Program-made: the position numbers and the translations under genes | Shown: positions 62,496-64,000 of the stretch, in pieces | Position numbering within the stretch: the stretch's first letter is position 1 | Layout: each line of letters begins with the position of its first letter | From: Balanoglossus misakiensis | Taxonomy: Eukaryota; Animalia; Hemichordata | NCBI GenBank assembly: GCA_040954595.2 | Contig: CM082584.2 | Coordinates: forward strand, 1,953,344 to 2,017,343 | Length of the DNA: 64,000 nucleotides | Direction of reading: 5' to 3' | The notes under the pieces: model-generated | The model's input: only the letters and a program-made list of their open reading frames with translations | What the model was told of the DNA's origin: nothing | The model's database searches: none

Positions 62496-63594
62496 CTGAA
62501 AATAGAGAACAAAAACATCCATTGTAATTATTCAAGTCAATACCAATCCTCCCTTCCTTTAAAAATTTCCCTAAAGTGAACAAATTCACATGGCTTTGAA
62601 ATTAAGTATTAACAGTAATATTTCTAATATTTCTAACAGACACAACTTTTCTAAACTTTGAGTCTCTTTGTGGATTTGTAGAAATGATTTACAAACTGAG
62701 CTGTCAGGTCATAACTGTTTGTGCTTTGGCATGAACACATATCCCAGAATGCCCTACAGGGTTGGCAGTGAAATTGATAAACTCTTCACCTAAGATTTCA
62801 AACTCGTAGATCTAAATAGATTCTCACACTCCTGGCATGCTGAGAGTGTGGGATCAGAGTGTGAGAACAAATCAATCCCACATTCTCACTGAATTGAAAG
62901 CTTTATATGACGCGATCGCTGATTGGATGACAAAGTGTTCTTTAATAACGTGTGTTAAATGTTATCCTATGACGCGATACAGAAACTACAACATGCCAGA
63001 TGACAGTTCAAGAGTCATTTATTCAATGTTTTCAGATGAATTTGGCTAATTTGTGGCCGTATGAGAAATATAATCTCATACATGAAGGACCTGGGATCAT
63101 ATTTCTCACACTCGTCAGGGATATTTTGTCCAACACTCGCCTGCAGCTTGTTTGGGACAGAAAATCCTCAACACATGTGAGAAATATGATCCCAAGTCTT
63201 GGGAGTGTGAGATTCCATAAATCTCACAACCTTAGGACCTGGTATAAGATTTCTCAGACGAGTTGGGGATATTTTTGCTCGTGTTAGACAAAATATCGCT
63301 GCTGAGTGTAAAACATCGCGTTAAGGACACAGTGGTCCCATTCAGGGATAACACAATAAAAAAGTCTACACCGGAGTACATATACAGACAGACTGACACA
63401 CACACATAGAGAAATCAACAGGCAAACACTGACTAAGCCATAAGCTGCCAATGGCATGTGTACTGTACACACAGCAAAAAGAACAGCTGGTCTCTGTAAC
63501 AGATAGCCAGTTATGAAAACATGCAGTTACCAATCACTGTTATTATTGACAAATTGCATCCAAGTCCAGACCCAGGCTTGAATACAATGTTTAA

Positions 63595-64000
63595 AGCCCC
63601 AGTATTTCTCGTGTGTATCCATTTTTCATCATCGAAAAATGCCCGTTTTTCCTGTACATTCATCATGGAATACTACATAATGAAGATAGAAGAAAGGTTT
63701 GGGCAACTGCAGCTACATGCAAGCTGTAAATATTTTCCGTAACACTTGAAATGATGCGCGGGTTTGTTTACAACGGAAATGTTGTACACGTCGATCAGCA
63801 AACGTGCCACTTTGACATTTGATGGTCAGACCATTTTCGGATTTGATCTGGTTCCATCGACTGATTTCTCCCATAAAGTTATCTTCCCAAAATTTCGCCG
63901 AATTAGTGCGCATTTCTTCGCTGAGTCGCTTGATTTGGGGCGACCAAACCTCTTCCGCATAGATTCACATTGGAGTGCGCATGCGCACTAGTCACGTGTG
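63595..64000. mobile_element. Left end of a probable TTAA-targeting (Kolobok-like) insertion; runs off the window
   Basis: Homology to block B stops exactly at TTAA (63591-63594; paralogue 48003-48006) and continues AGCCCCAGTA... The other end is not visible. Confidence 0.5.

Overview
Repeat-rich, AT-rich animal genomic DNA with spliceosomal GT-AG introns. The repeat types suggest a marine invertebrate, but that is inference. No complete intact gene is visible. From left to right: (1) 1-7782 is a ~192-bp satellite with higher-order repeats, ending at a tRNA-like A/B-box remnant. (2) 9.6-26.4 kb holds a minisatellite, an AGGTCAAAGGTCA-rich element and a ~0.65-0.95-kb macrosatellite apparently derived from it, interleaved with a triplicated ~1.35-kb block. 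(3) 27-30 kb is CpG-rich and contains a truncated LINE. (4) 33.5-36 kb is a foldback-type DNA transposon carrying inverted 69-bp arrays of GGAAATTTCC palindromes, a central hairpin and a captured BEL/Pao PBS-gag fragment. (5) The last two exons of a disrupted MED25-like gene lie on the minus strand at 36.5-38.2 kb. (6) MITEs, a pogo-like element, a PIF/Harbinger-like element and a second LINE follow. (7) 43.8-64 kb is a mosaic of local duplications containing six phase-1 calcium-binding EGF exons on the minus strand, three of them damaged, plus a 6.5-kb nested TTAA-targeting element. Two unrelated insertions share an unusual 'long hairpin + TIR module, no TSD' architecture. All calls come from reading the sequence by eye; no database searches were run, and boundaries of degenerate repeats are approximate.
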